NCBI GenBank assembly: GCA_037443035.1
Contig: JBBIPC010000015.1
Coordinates: 1 to 64,000, forward strand
Source of the DNA: Chthonomonadales bacterium
GTDB lineage: Bacteria; Armatimonadota; Chthonomonadetes; Chthonomonadales; CAJBBX01
Direction of reading: 5' to 3'
DNA: 64,000 nt
Shown piece after piece: positions 20,132-30,409 of the stretch (within the stretch, counting starts at the first letter, position 1; each line of letters opens with the position of its first letter). The notes beneath the pieces were generated by a model, which saw nothing but the letters and a program-made list of their open reading frames with translations, did no database searches and was not told the origin of the DNA. The position numbers were made by a program, and so were the translations under genes.

Positions 20132-20297
20132 GGGGTGTGCCTCCCTCGCTTACGTGGCTTGTTCAGAGGCGCGCATCGTACCACCGTTCGTCGCCTTTGC
20201 GGCGGATGGTGACGGGAATGACGGCGTAGGCCCGCTGGCCCGAAGCCCCGGCGACGTTGAATTCCGGCAGCGATGTGAAACCCGTGATGGTTGGCAC

Positions 20298-20326
20298 AGT
20301 GTAACGCGCGCGTGGGCTACTGTCAA
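20298..20326 (-). promoter_or_regulatory. Sigma70-type promoter TTGACA-17-TACACT
   Basis: Minus strand TTGACA gtagcccacgcgcgcgt TACACT, about 160 nt upstream of the 20131 start. Confidence 0.7.
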
Positions 20327-20475
20327 GCGATCGCGTCGGGATGGCACGTGCGAGTACCCGCCGTCGTTGCCGACGCCTTTCGGGATTGTCCGGGCTGCAG
20401 GCGGCATGCATCCCCACTCGAGTTGTATACTTCCCTCGATGCGACCTACCTTACCTTTGAAAGGAGGGACACAGC

Positions 20476-20910
20476 ATGCTGAAAGAGTTCCGGTCGTTCT
20501 TGACCAAGTCCAACGCCATGGCTCTGGCGGTTGGCGTGATCATCGGTGCAGCCACAGGCAAGGTGGTCTCGGCCGTCGTGGATGACCTCCTCATGCCCGT
20601 CATCGGCATCTTGTTGCCTTCGGGCGACTGGCGCGAGGCCAAAGTTGTCCTGAAAGAAGTCGTGGACGCTTCGGGGAACAAGCAGGTCAGCGCCATCCAG
20701 TACGGCCACCTGGTCGGAACGTTGGTGGACTTCGTTATCATCGCGTTTGTCGTGTTCCTCATTACGCGAGCACTTCTGAGGCCCGAACCTGCGCCGCCGG
20801 CACCACCAACGAAGGAGTGTCCCGAATGCCTGGAGACGGTGCCGGCTGGCGCCAAGAAGTGTCGGGCGTGCGGATCGGTGTTACCGAGCGAGATGCCAAG
20901 CGAGTCTTGA
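20476..20910 (+). CDS. mscL: Large-conductance mechanosensitive channel with C-terminal zinc ribbon
   Basis: MLKEFRSFL, NAMALAVGVIIGAA, DLLMPVIG, YGHLVGTLVDFVIIAFVVFL; C-terminal CPEC...CRAC; RBS AAGGAGG. Confidence 0.93.
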   Translation: MLKEFRSFLTKSNAMALAVGVIIGAATGKVVSAVVDDLLMPVIGILLPSGDWREAKVVLKEVVDASGNKQVSAIQYGHLVGTLVDFVIIAFVVFLITRALLRPEPAPPAPPTKECPECLETVPAGAKKCRACGSVLPSEMPSES

Positions 20911-20996
20911 AGACCTGTAACCGGCCCTGGTCGTGGCTGCGGGTCGTCCTGCACGGATGGGTATAATCGGGGCGATACCTCGTCCATGGCCATCCT

Positions 20997-23900
20997 GTGA
21001 AACTCAAGCGCCTCTCCCTCGCAGGCTTCAAGACCTTCGCAGAAAGGACCGAGATCGAGCTCAGCGAAGGCATCACCGCCATCGTCGGTCCCAACGGCTG
21101 CGGCAAGAGCAACGTAGCTGACGCCATCCTCTGGGCGCTCGGTGAACAGAATCCACGCCTGCTCCGGGGCAGCGAAGGTCGCGACTTCATCTTCGCAGGC
21201 GCCGAGCGACGCAAGCCCCTCGGCATGGCTGAGGTCCAGCTCGTCCTCGACAACAGCGACGGAAGCCTCCCCCTCGATTACGCGGAGATCGCCATCGCTC
21301 GTCGTATCTACCGGTCCGGTGACACGCGGTACTCCATTAATGGCACAGCCTGCCGGCTCAAGGATATCGTGGATCTCTTCCTCGACACCGGCATGGGGAG
21401 GGGCGCTTACTCTTTCGTTGGCCAGACGGAAGTGGACGCGGTGCTTTCGGCCAGGCCCGAGGATCGCCGCGAGCTCTTCGAGGAGGCAGCCGGTGTTCAG
21501 AAATACCGTACACGCAAGCGGGAAGCTGTGCGCAAGTTGGAGACTGCTGAGGCTAACCTGACCCGAGTCAACGATATCCTGGCCGAGATCGAACGACAGC
21601 GGGAGCCATTGCGCCAGCAAGCCGAACTGGCCCAGCGCTATCTCGCTGCCACCGATCGCCTACGTGCGGTGGAGGTTGGACTTCTCATTGCGGAGATCCA
21701 CCGTTGCGACTACGAACTCTTCGCGGCCAAAGCCGAGCGCGAGCATTGCATTGCCACAGTAGCTGCTCTCGACGACAAACTAGCCGCCATGGAACGGGAA
21801 GCCGCCCGGATCCACGATAGCCTAACAGAGGCGGAGAAGGAGCAGGAATCGGCCAGCCTGTCCCGACAGAGCGCAGCCACACAAGTGGAGAGGGTCGAGC
21901 ACCAACTGCAGCTTACGCTGGAACGTGAGAGAAACGCCACCGCCGCGGCAGAGGCCCTCGAGAACGAAATGCGCCTCCTCGCTCAGCGTGAGGTCGCCAT
22001 GCGCACTGCGCTGCAACGCGATGAGAGCACCCTCCAGCGGGTCCAGCAACTCGAGCAAGAGAAACAAGATGCACTCTCAGCGTCCCGGCAGAGGTTGGAG
22101 GAGTTGGAGGCTGCTGCGGAACGAGCCGAAGAGGTGGGCCGCGACCACGCGCAGGCGCAGCGCCAGCTCCTGGCCGAGCGTGCTGCAAGGGAGTCGGCCC
22201 TCGCCGCGTGCCGCACACGACTGGACGAGGCGCGAAGACGGATGACCGAGCTGCATCAGGAAAAGACGCGCCACGAAGAGTCCATGACCCAAGCCGCAGA
22301 GAGGCTTCGGGCTGCCATTCAGAACGCTGAGGAATGCAGGACAGCGGCGGCGAGAGCTATCGAGGAACGTCGCCATGCTATCCAGCACCAGCGTGCCGCC
22401 GAAGATCGGAAGGAACGCGCCGAACGCCATGCGGCAGCATGCCGGCGCCGATACACAGAACGTGTGGCACGCCTGCAAGCCCTCCAAGAGATGCAGGCAG
22501 CGGGCGAGGGCTTGTTCCAAGGGGTCCGGTCCGTGCTCCAGGCAGCCCGCCAAGGAGCCTTGCCGGATCGGTTCGCTACGGTCGCGGACCTGCTGCGCGT
22601 CCCCGATAGGCTGCGTGTCGCGGTAGACGTAGCGCTCGGGTCCAGCTCGCAGGATATCGTCTGTCCGTACGTGGCTGACGCCCGCGCTGCCATCGAGTGG
22701 CTCAAGGCCAATCGTCGTGGTAGGGCGACCTTCCTGCCGCTGGATAACCTCCGGCCTCCCCATGCTCTCCAGACCGGAGACGTTACCGGTGTCGAGGGCG
22801 TCGTCGGCATTGCCTCGGAGCTTGTGGAGTGCGAGCCTGCCTACATTCCCGCTGTGCAGCTCCTCCTGAACAGGGTAGTGGTTTTCGAGACGCTGGATGC
22901 TGGTATTGAGGCAGCGAAGCACCTCCGGGGATGGAGCAGGATCGTAACGCTCGAAGGAGAGGTCCTGACGCCAGGCGGCGCCGTTACCGGTGGTGACGGT
23001 GCAGGGCGGGGTCCCCAGCTCATCCGGCGCAAGGGCGAGATCGACGACTTGACAGCAGAGACGAATAAGTTGGCACAGGAGCTGGAGCGTCTGGAACGGG
23101 AGGCGCGCGAGGCGGATGCGGCAGCCACAGAAGCCGCTGCCGTGGTGCGTGAATCTACCCGCGAGGAGGCGGCTCGGGGTGCCGACAGGGCCGCTGCCGA
23201 ACGGGACTTGGAAGCAGCGCAACGGGAGTCGGAAGCCCTCCATGCGCGAGGCGAAGAGATTCAGGCGCTGCTTCATCGCACGAACGAGTCCATTCGTACC
23301 CTCGAGACGGAGGTGGCGGAGTGGGAAAGTGCCCTCGAGTCCGACCGTGCGCAGGATGTCGGCCTTGACGATGCATTGGAGTCAGCCAAGCTCGAGGCCG
23401 CTCGCTGCACAGAGCGTGCGGCCCAAGCCCGGCGAGCAGTCACGGCCCTCCAAGTGGAGTTGGGCCGCTTGGGGGAGCAGGTCAAGGGACTGAAGCGTTC
23501 CATCGCCGCAGCGGGGGTCAGCCTGGCCGAGATATCAGAGGCTCGGAAGCGGCAGCAAGAGCAACGCGAGGAACTCGGTCGGCGCCTCATGGAGGCCGAA
23601 GCTCAGAGACGACAGCTTACGGAGGCGGGCGACCAGGCGCGGCAACGCCTCGTCGAGTGTTCCGCCGTCTGCGACCACTGGAACGCCGAAAGAAGCCGGC
23701 GCCTCGAGCGGAGCTTCCAACTGAGCAGCGCTATCAAAGAGGCGACAGAGGAACGGAGCAGGACCATGGCAGCCCTTCATGAAGCCGACCTCCTCATGGC
23801 CCGCCTGGAAGTCCGACTCGCCCAGTACGCCCAACGCCTATCCGAAGAGTACGGCATGACCATGGAAGACGCCCTGGCTGCACCTGAACCGGCCGAAATG

Positions 23901-24575
23901 GACCGCGATACCGTTCAGGAGATCGCTCGTCTGCGGCGGGAGATCCGCGCCATGGGCAACGTCAACACGGGCGCCGTGGACGAATACGGCCGACTTACCG
24001 AACGCTACGAGTTCCTGGCACACCAGCGCGCGGACCTCCAGGCGGCGTGCGCCTCGCTGCGCGAGACCATTACCGAGATCGATCGCAATACCCGCTCCAT
24101 CTTCATGGAGACCTTCCGCGCGGTGGAGCAGGAATTCCAGCGGCTCTTCGAGAGGCTTTTCGGTGGCGGTCGCGCCGCGCTCACGCTCACGAAACCGGAG
24201 GATCTGCTCGAGACCGGCGTGGAGATTCTCGTACAACCGCCCGGCAAGAGAGCACAGAGCCTATCGCTGCTGTCAGGCGGTGAACGAGCACTGACGGCCA
24301 TCGCGCTCCTCTTTAGTTTCCTTGCCGTACGTCCGAGTCCGTTCGTCCTGCTGGACGAGGTGGACGCGCCCCTCGATGGCTCGAACGTGGACCGTTTCGT
24401 GAGTCTCGTCCGCGACTTCTCGCAGGACACGCAGTTCCTCATCATTACCCACAATCCCACGACCATCGAAGCGGCATCCCGATGGTACGGCGTGACCATG
24501 CGCGAGCCCGGCGTATCCCGCGTCATTGCCTACCAGCCCCCTGCGCGCTTGGAGCCGACGGGCGTATCGAACTAG
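20997..24575 (+). CDS. smc: Chromosome segregation protein SMC
   Basis: GFKTFA, GPNGCGKSN, coiled coils, hinge GRATFLPL, LSGGE, LLDEVDAPLD, ITH. TATAAT at 20962-20967. Confidence 0.97.
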   Translation: MKLKRLSLAGFKTFAERTEIELSEGITAIVGPNGCGKSNVADAILWALGEQNPRLLRGSEGRDFIFAGAERRKPLGMAEVQLVLDNSDGSLPLDYAEIAIARRIYRSGDTRYSINGTACRLKDIVDLFLDTGMGRGAYSFVGQTEVDAVLSARPEDRRELFEEAAGVQKYRTRKREAVRKLETAEANLTRVNDILAEIERQREPLRQQAELAQRYLAATDRLRAVEVGLLIAEIHRCDYELFAAKAEREHCIATVAALDDKLAAMEREAARIHDSLTEAEKEQESASLSRQSAATQVERVEHQLQLTLERERNATAAAEALENEMRLLAQREVAMRTALQRDESTLQRVQQLEQEKQDALSASRQRLEELEAAAERAEEVGRDHAQAQRQLLAERAARESALAACRTRLDEARRRMTELHQEKTRHEESMTQAAERLRAAIQNAEECRTAAARAIEERRHAIQHQRAAEDRKERAERHAAACRRRYTERVARLQALQEMQAAGEGLFQGVRSVLQAARQGALPDRFATVADLLRVPDRLRVAVDVALGSSSQDIVCPYVADARAAIEWLKANRRGRATFLPLDNLRPPHALQTGDVTGVEGVVGIASELVECEPAYIPAVQLLLNRVVVFETLDAGIEAAKHLRGWSRIVTLEGEVLTPGGAVTGGDGAGRGPQLIRRKGEIDDLTAETNKLAQELERLEREAREADAAATEAAAVVRESTREEAARGADRAAAERDLEAAQRESEALHARGEEIQALLHRTNESIRTLETEVAEWESALESDRAQDVGLDDALESAKLEAARCTERAAQARRAVTALQVELGRLGEQVKGLKRSIAAAGVSLAEISEARKRQQEQREELGRRLMEAEAQRRQLTEAGDQARQRLVECSAVCDHWNAERSRRLERSFQLSSAIKEATEERSRTMAALHEADLLMARLEVRLAQYAQRLSEEYGMTMEDALAAPEPAEMDRDTVQEIARLRREIRAMGNVNTGAVDEYGRLTERYEFLAHQRADLQAACASLRETITEIDRNTRSIFMETFRAVEQEFQRLFERLFGGGRAALTLTKPEDLLETGVEILVQPPGKRAQSLSLLSGGERALTAIALLFSFLAVRPSPFVLLDEVDAPLDGSNVDRFVSLVRDFSQDTQFLIITHNPTTIEAASRWYGVTMREPGVSRVIAYQPPARLEPTGVSN

Positions 24576-24623
24576 CACCTCATCGCTGAGCGGATTAGCA
24601 TCTGCCGCGTCATGCACGCCGGC

Positions 24624-24663
24624 GGTCGAGTAGTCCCGATGGCCATCGGGACGTATCGAAACC
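24624..24663 (+). repeat. REP-like palindromic element, copy 3
   Basis: GGTCGAGTA-GTCCCGATGGCCATCGGGAC-GTATCGAAACC with a perfect 20-bp palindrome (24633-24652), between convergent genes. Confidence 0.75.
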
Positions 24664-24808
24664 CCGGCCGACGCGCGATATCTCCCGCCCCACGCCCACA
24701 GGGGATTGCGAGACGCGGCTTGCCAGAGTACGTGACATGAGCGCTCACACCCTATCCCTGGCGCTCCCGGCGCTAATCCGGCAAGCCGCTACGCGATCAC
24801 CGGGGCCG

Positions 24809-26353
24809 TTACTTGGCCCGAACCTTCACCGTGTTCGAGAAAGTACTCTCCAGCCCGGAAATGTTGATGGCAGTGACCTTGTAGTAGTACGTCTTGCCCT
24901 TCCGAACGGTCCGGTCGGTGTACATGGTCGTGGCGCCGAGGGTTGCGATGGCGGTGAAACCTGTCGTGGAACGCGTGGAACGATAGACCTTGTTCTGGAC
25001 GACATCTGGGCTGACGGACTGAGACCAGGACAGCGTCACGTAGCCGGTACCTACACTGGCTTTCAGAGACGTTGGCGCTGCGGGGGGCTCCGGCGCAGGC
25101 GGAGGCGTCTGGCCACCCATGGCATGGAATACGTTGACACGTCCTCCAGCAATCGTCCTCCCCGCATAGGGCGTGTACGGGTCGGTGTTGTTGACGATGA
25201 GCGCCTTGACGTCGGCGTTGGTGAGCATGGGATTGGCCGACCAGATCAGTGCCGCCTCACCGGACACGTGGGGGCACGCCATGGACGTACCGGAGAGTGT
25301 GGCGTAGTTCAGGGAGAAACCACCGGTGGCAGAGTAGGTCGGAGTCGTCGAGAAAATGGCGTTGCCGGGGGCAGCCACATGGACCCAGGGGCCCCAGTTC
25401 GAGAAGCTGCAGAGGGTGTCGTTGGCATCCGTCGCCGCGACGGCAATGCTCTCGGGGTACCCGGCCGGGTAGCTGGGAGTCGACGAAGAGCTGTTGCCTG
25501 CTGCACAGACTACCACGCATCCCTTGTTCCAGGCGTAGGTGACCGCGTCCGCCAGGGTGACGGAGCCTGGACCTCCGAGGCTCAAGCTAATGACATTGGC
25601 GCCGTTGTCGGCGGCCCAGAGTATGCCCAGGGCAACCTGATCCGTCGTACCGCTTCCGAACTGGTTGAGGACCTTCACCGGCATGAGCTTGACGAAACTG
25701 CTGTCCGAACCAGGTTGGCCGTTCCAGCCCGCGACTCCCGCTATCCCGATGCCATTGTTGATCTCGGCAGCGGCAATACCGGCGCAGTGCGTGCCGTGGC
25801 CATGATCATCTAGTGCGGTGCTCCGTGCGCCGGCCATGGCGTTGAAACCAACGATGCCGTTGGCATCACGGAGGATCTTGTTCGTCAGATCCGGATGCGT
25901 GTTGTCAATGCCTGTGTCCACGATGGCTACGATCACTAGCGCCACGGGGTTCCATAGGTCCCAAGCCAGATCAGCCTGGATCTTCTTGGGGCCGTACTGA
26001 CTGGACGCGAAGTAGGGGTCGTTAGGGGTCGCGAATGCACTGAGAATGTAGTTCGGTTCGACGAACCGCACGCCGGGCATGCGCGCTATCTGGGCCGCCG
26101 CCTGCTCCAGCGTCATCCCCTTCCGAAGCCGGATGCGATGCACGCCGATCTGCGGAGCAGTGCTTACGATATCGCCCACAGCCATGACGGCTTGACGGGC
26201 CAGACCCGTCCGGTCGGCTTGCGGCGTCACGCCAACCAGCAGTTCGTCGGTGACCGCAGCCAACTGCGGTCCCTGAGCCAGCGCGCCAAGAGCGAGGGTA
26301 AGCACCAACAGGCTGATGAGGAGAACGCAGAGCCATCTGCAGAGTGCACGCAT
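24809..26353 (-). CDS. Secreted S8 (thermitase-like) serine protease with C-terminal FN3 domain
   Basis: Catalytic VDTG, HGTHCAG, GTSMACPHV; propeptide; signal peptide from ATG 26353 after GGAGG; FN3 end YYYKVTAIN. Confidence 0.93.
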   Translation of the reverse strand: MRALCRWLCVLLISLLVLTLALGALAQGPQLAAVTDELLVGVTPQADRTGLARQAVMAVGDIVSTAPQIGVHRIRLRKGMTLEQAAAQIARMPGVRFVEPNYILSAFATPNDPYFASSQYGPKKIQADLAWDLWNPVALVIVAIVDTGIDNTHPDLTNKILRDANGIVGFNAMAGARSTALDDHGHGTHCAGIAAAEINNGIGIAGVAGWNGQPGSDSSFVKLMPVKVLNQFGSGTTDQVALGILWAADNGANVISLSLGGPGSVTLADAVTYAWNKGCVVVCAAGNSSSSTPSYPAGYPESIAVAATDANDTLCSFSNWGPWVHVAAPGNAIFSTTPTYSATGGFSLNYATLSGTSMACPHVSGEAALIWSANPMLTNADVKALIVNNTDPYTPYAGRTIAGGRVNVFHAMGGQTPPPAPEPPAAPTSLKASVGTGYVTLSWSQSVSPDVVQNKVYRSTRSTTGFTAIATLGATTMYTDRTVRKGKTYYYKVTAINISGLESTFSNTVKVRAK

Positions 26354-26586
26354 CGGGGTAATCCTCCCTGGGGTATGGAATCTCACGGGAGGAGTATCGG
26401 CCGTGCGACATGGCCGTGTCTGTCGGACAGTCGGCAATCCGGGCGTCAGTACCAGTCATCTCATGGGGTCGGGTAGAACGAACCTCGATCGGAGGAGAAG
26501 ACTACAGGCGCTGACTCATGCGTGCCCGTGAGCCGTAATGTAGTCAGGGACACGGTGCTAGTGGTGCCACCGAAGGGAGTGGAGAA

Positions 26587-26769
26587 ATGTGGCGATTTCG
26601 GAAGGTCTTCGGCAGGGGACCTCTCAAACTGACCGTGACGAAGCGGGGCGTGGGCTGGCGCATTGGCGGCCGCTTGCTACGCTATGGCGTATCACCGGAC
26701 GGCCGGCGCTATGTCTCTTTCGGCATTCCCGGCACGGGTCTCTACTGGATCAAGTATCTGGACAAATAG
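26587..26769 (+). CDS. DUF4236-like small protein
   Basis: WRFRKVFGRGPLKLTVTKRGVG..IGG...GIPGTGLYW; RBS GGAG. Confidence 0.75.
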   Translation: MWRFRKVFGRGPLKLTVTKRGVGWRIGGRLLRYGVSPDGRRYVSFGIPGTGLYWIKYLDK

Positions 26770-26773
26770 GCGC

Positions 26774-27340
26774 TTAGCCCCCTACCAGACGCCTGGCGAA
26801 CTGGCGAGCCTGTTGCTCGACCTGCGCACCGAACGCGTCGGGCGTGGTGGCGTTGGGTAACAGCCAGAAACCCGCCTCCCTTGCGCCGAAGAAGGCAACG
26901 AGGTTACGATAGACCCTGGACATGATGGCGTGGTTCTCCGACTCCTCTCCGCCACACGTCATCATGAGGGCGATGGGCTTGTCTTCTAGCAAGACGGCGT
27001 GGTCCGGGTCCTGGTGGTAGCCCGACAGGCAATAGAGACGGTCCACGAGAGCTTTCATGGGAGCGGGAAATCCCCATGAGAACACGGGAGAGGCAAGCAG
27101 CACCACGTCGGCATCCAGCATGCGTTCGAAAAGACTGGCGGCGTCATCCGGCACGCCACAGGCCGCACTCTGGGGATAGCGACACTGATGGGACTCCCGA
27201 CAATGGCCGATCTCGTACTCCCAGATATTGGCCCGGTCTATCGTATGGCCGGCAGCCTGGAGCTCCGATTCGATCCAGTCCAGGACCTGCGCAGTGTTGC
27301 CGTAGCGGCGTGGACTGCCTAGCACCGTCATGACCTTCAT
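26774..27340 (-). CDS. Flavodoxin family protein (NADPH-dependent FMN reductase/iron-sulfur flavoprotein-like)
   Basis: MKVMTVLGSPRRYGNT, CRESHQC, ADVVLLASPVF, MKALVDRL; RBS GAGGAG. Confidence 0.88.
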   Translation of the reverse strand: MKVMTVLGSPRRYGNTAQVLDWIESELQAAGHTIDRANIWEYEIGHCRESHQCRYPQSAACGVPDDAASLFERMLDADVVLLASPVFSWGFPAPMKALVDRLYCLSGYHQDPDHAVLLEDKPIALMMTCGGEESENHAIMSRVYRNLVAFFGAREAGFWLLPNATTPDAFGAQVEQQARQFARRLVGG

Positions 27341-27548
27341 CGCCTGGGGAATCTCCTCTTGCCATGCTTCCATGTGTCGCACATAAGCGTTCTTACTGCC
27401 AGTACGAAGTCGCCGTCTAGGGTGTGCCCGTTTCCTCGCAACTGCGCCAGACGAGAACGGAATCGTACCCGCAAGACCCTCGCAGCGTATCGCTCCGCGA
27501 AGGCGGTAGACTCGACGCATGCCAATGCACCTTGGAGAGGAACGACAG

Positions 27549-29258
27549 ATGGCCGACAACAGACGGAGCTACGAGAAAGAACGGATGACGCGCCGGGAAT
27601 CGCTCAAGATAGCGGCGGGGGCGTGTCTTGGGGCTGCAACCGCCTCCGCCTCCGCCCAGGAAGCAGGGGGTGCCGACACCGGTACTCTGGTCTCGGACCT
27701 CGACGCCTTCAACCGCATCAGCGGCCGCTCCTACACCGAGACGGAGCGGCTGCAGATGGCACCCAGCGTAGCCGAGATGCGTTCCGCCATGCTGCGCGTA
27801 CGAAGTGCCCCACTACCCCAGGGCGCAGAGCCAGCCATACACTTCGATCCATGGGTTCCTGGCGTCCCGCTGCCGTCAGGGAAGGGCGTATTCCGCCCCA
27901 CCTCTGGGTCCCTTCCCGCTGTACCCGAGGATCCGGAGGCGCTGGCGTTCTTTACGGTCGTGGAGCTGTCGAGGCTCCTCAAGGCACGACGCGTGAGCTC
28001 CGTATTTCTCACCCGCCTGTACCTAGAAAGACTGAAGCGCCTCGATCCGAAGCTCCTCTGCGTTGTGACTCTCACCGAGGACCTTGCCATGCGCCAGGCA
28101 GAGCGGGCAGATCGGGAGCTTGCTGCTGGACGCTGGAGGGGCCCGCTCCACGGCATCCCCTGGGGAGCCAAGGACCTACTGGCTACGAAGGCAATTCCCA
28201 CCACCTTCGGTGCCTCACCCTACCGTCAGCAGGTGTTTTCAGAGGACGCCACTGTGGTGACGAGATTGGAGCGAGCTGGCGCGGTGCTCGTGGCGAAGCT
28301 CTCCCTGGGTGAACTGGCTATGGGGGATGTCTGGTTTGGCGGCATGACTCGCTGTCCGTGGAATCCGCAGACGGGATCCAGTGGCTCCTCGGCAGGACCG
28401 TGTGCTGCCACGGCGGCTGGTCTCGTGGCTTTCGCTATCGGATCGGAGACGCTCGGGAGCATCGTCAGCCCCTGTGTCCGCAATGGGACCACTGGCCTCC
28501 GGCCTACGTATGGCCGTGTTCCCAGAACCGGCGCCATGGCGCTCTCCTGGACCATGGACAAGCTCGGTCCCATTGGCCGATGCGTCGAGGACTGCGCATT
28601 GGTGTTCCGCGCCATTGCCGGTCCGGACGGCCGTGACCTGACCGTTCGCAGTGTGCCGTTCTCCTGGGATCCAGCCGCAGGTCTCGAGGGACTGAGAGTC
28701 GGTGTGGACCGTCAGGCGTTCGACTCGGCGACGAAGGACAACGCCGTCGCGGCTATTTATGCGGACGCGCTGGATAGGCTACGGAAGGCTGGAGCCAAGC
28801 TGACTCCTGTCCAGCTCCCTTCCATGGAAGGAGCGTACGGCGAACTCACGAACATCATTGATGTGGAGGGAGCCGCCTCGTTCGCCGAGTTGCTGAATAA
28901 TGGCCGACTGCGGCAGCTTGTCCAACAGGGACGCTACAATTGGCCCAACATCTTCCGGGTGGGCACGACAGTGGCAGCGGCGGATTATCTAGCCATGATG
29001 CAGCTCCGGGCCGACCTTCAGCGCAAGATGGCAGAGGCTCTTCGTGACGTTGATCTCTACGTCACGCCGCCATATGGCTCGCTGGTGCTTACGAACCTTA
29101 CGGGCCATCCTACCCTGATCACGCGCGCAGGTTTGCACAACGGCAAGCCTGTGATGATAGAGTTCACCGGCCAACTGTATCGTGAGGATGCCATCTGCCG
29201 CGTCGGACATGTGTTCGAACAAGTCATGGGCGCTGCTGGGGTCTGGCCGCGCTTGTGA
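27549..29258 (+). CDS. Tat-exported amidase (amidase signature family)
   Basis: TRRESLK leader, GPLHGIPWGAKD, GSSGSSAG, GSETLGSI, GLRPTYGRV. Confidence 0.92.
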   Translation: MADNRRSYEKERMTRRESLKIAAGACLGAATASASAQEAGGADTGTLVSDLDAFNRISGRSYTETERLQMAPSVAEMRSAMLRVRSAPLPQGAEPAIHFDPWVPGVPLPSGKGVFRPTSGSLPAVPEDPEALAFFTVVELSRLLKARRVSSVFLTRLYLERLKRLDPKLLCVVTLTEDLAMRQAERADRELAAGRWRGPLHGIPWGAKDLLATKAIPTTFGASPYRQQVFSEDATVVTRLERAGAVLVAKLSLGELAMGDVWFGGMTRCPWNPQTGSSGSSAGPCAATAAGLVAFAIGSETLGSIVSPCVRNGTTGLRPTYGRVPRTGAMALSWTMDKLGPIGRCVEDCALVFRAIAGPDGRDLTVRSVPFSWDPAAGLEGLRVGVDRQAFDSATKDNAVAAIYADALDRLRKAGAKLTPVQLPSMEGAYGELTNIIDVEGAASFAELLNNGRLRQLVQQGRYNWPNIFRVGTTVAAADYLAMMQLRADLQRKMAEALRDVDLYVTPPYGSLVLTNLTGHPTLITRAGLHNGKPVMIEFTGQLYREDAICRVGHVFEQVMGAAGVWPRL

Positions 29259-29343
29259 GAGCTCCGGCCGTTCCCTCTTCGCCTTCTGCGTTGCAGAAGA
29301 ACGACACGAAACGTAGTCGAGCTTAACGTTTCCGCAACGCATC

Positions 29344-29372
29344 TTGCCATTCGGGCGCGCGTCGTGTATAAT
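29344..29372 (+). promoter_or_regulatory. Sigma70-type promoter TTGCCA-17-TATAAT for pilin 1
   Basis: Near-consensus boxes with 17-nt spacer. Confidence 0.75.
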
Positions 29373-29462
29373 GGGCAGACGAATCGGAGCCCTCCTAACG
29401 GTCTGGGTACCGACAGGCCTGTGGGAATCCTATTCGACACACTCTACCAAGGAGGAGTACAG

Positions 29463-30278
29463 GTGAACAATCGGCGAGGTTTCACCCTCATCGAACTGCT
29501 GGTGGTCATCGCGATCATCGCAATCCTCGCGGCAATCCTGTTCCCGGTCTTCGCCCAAGCACGCGAGAAGGCTCGCTCGACCTCTTGTCTGTCCAACTTC
29601 AAGCAAGTCACGCTGGCGCATCTCATGTACGTGCAGGACTTTGACGAGACATTTGCGCCCTTCATGTGGGGCCCAGGTGATGGTGGGTTCAGCTATAACT
29701 GGCAGACCTGTTTCACTTGGCCGCAGATGGTTGTGCCGTACGTGAAGAGCTGGCCAATGTTCCGCTGCCCCAGCGACCCGTATGCCAATGATGCGCAGTC
29801 GCTGACGAACATGGGGTATCCGTCCAACGCCACGGGCCGGCAGAAGGAGTACGCCGTCGGTCTCAACACGGACCTGGGCTACAACTACATGCATATCGCC
29901 CCGATGAATGACAACGTGGCACAGTCGCACGGCAAGAAGCTCGGTGCCGTGACGAAGTCGGCGAACTGCTACATGTTCCTGGATAGCGTATGGGACTACG
30001 CAGGCTGCGACGTCCAGGCCGGCGGTGGCAACTGGTTCGTCGAGGCTCCCAGCTACTGGTACTCCGGCACGTGGTGGTGGTTCGGTGGCTGGCAGATCGA
30101 CAACTGCAATAGCTGGCTCCACTACGGAGGGACCTATCCGCGCCACACCAATCAGGTGAACGTCTCCTTCATCGATGGCCACTGCAAGGTTCAGCGCATC
30201 GGCGATCTGCTGCAGGGCGTCAACCCGCGCACCTACGAGGTCTACGATCGCCAGGCCTTCAACTGGAACGTGGACTAG
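29463..30278 (+). CDS. Prepilin-type N-terminal cleavage/methylation, DUF1559/H-X9-DG protein 1
   Basis: [63 protein letters not shown] start after AAGGAGGAG. Confidence 0.93.
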   Translation: MNNRRGFTLIELLVVIAIIAILAAILFPVFAQAREKARSTSCLSNFKQVTLAHLMYVQDFDETFAPFMWGPGDGGFSYNWQTCFTWPQMVVPYVKSWPMFRCPSDPYANDAQSLTNMGYPSNATGRQKEYAVGLNTDLGYNYMHIAPMNDNVAQSHGKKLGAVTKSANCYMFLDSVWDYAGCDVQAGGGNWFVEAPSYWYSGTWWWFGGWQIDNCNSWLHYGGTYPRHTNQVNVSFIDGHCKVQRIGDLLQGVNPRTYEVYDRQAFNWNVD

Positions 30279-30285
30279 CCTGGAC

Positions 30286-30380
30286 GGACGGAAGGGTGAA
30301 GCCCTCCGTCCTTTGCCGAGGCGCATGACGCTGTTACGAGGGCACGGGGTGGGTCTCTTACGGGTCCACCCCGTCTGCCC
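30286..30380 (+). terminator. Two tandem hairpins after pilin 1
   Basis: GGACGGAAGGG/CCCTCCGTCC followed by TTT, then GGGCACGGGGTGGG/TCCACCCCGTCTGCCC. Confidence 0.55.
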
Positions 30381-30409
30381 TGTGCGGCTGAGTATTCCGG
30401 AGTAGTTCC

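Noticed and set aside
27549..29258. Calling the amidase gatA
   Set aside because: It has a Tat leader and no gatB/gatC neighbours.
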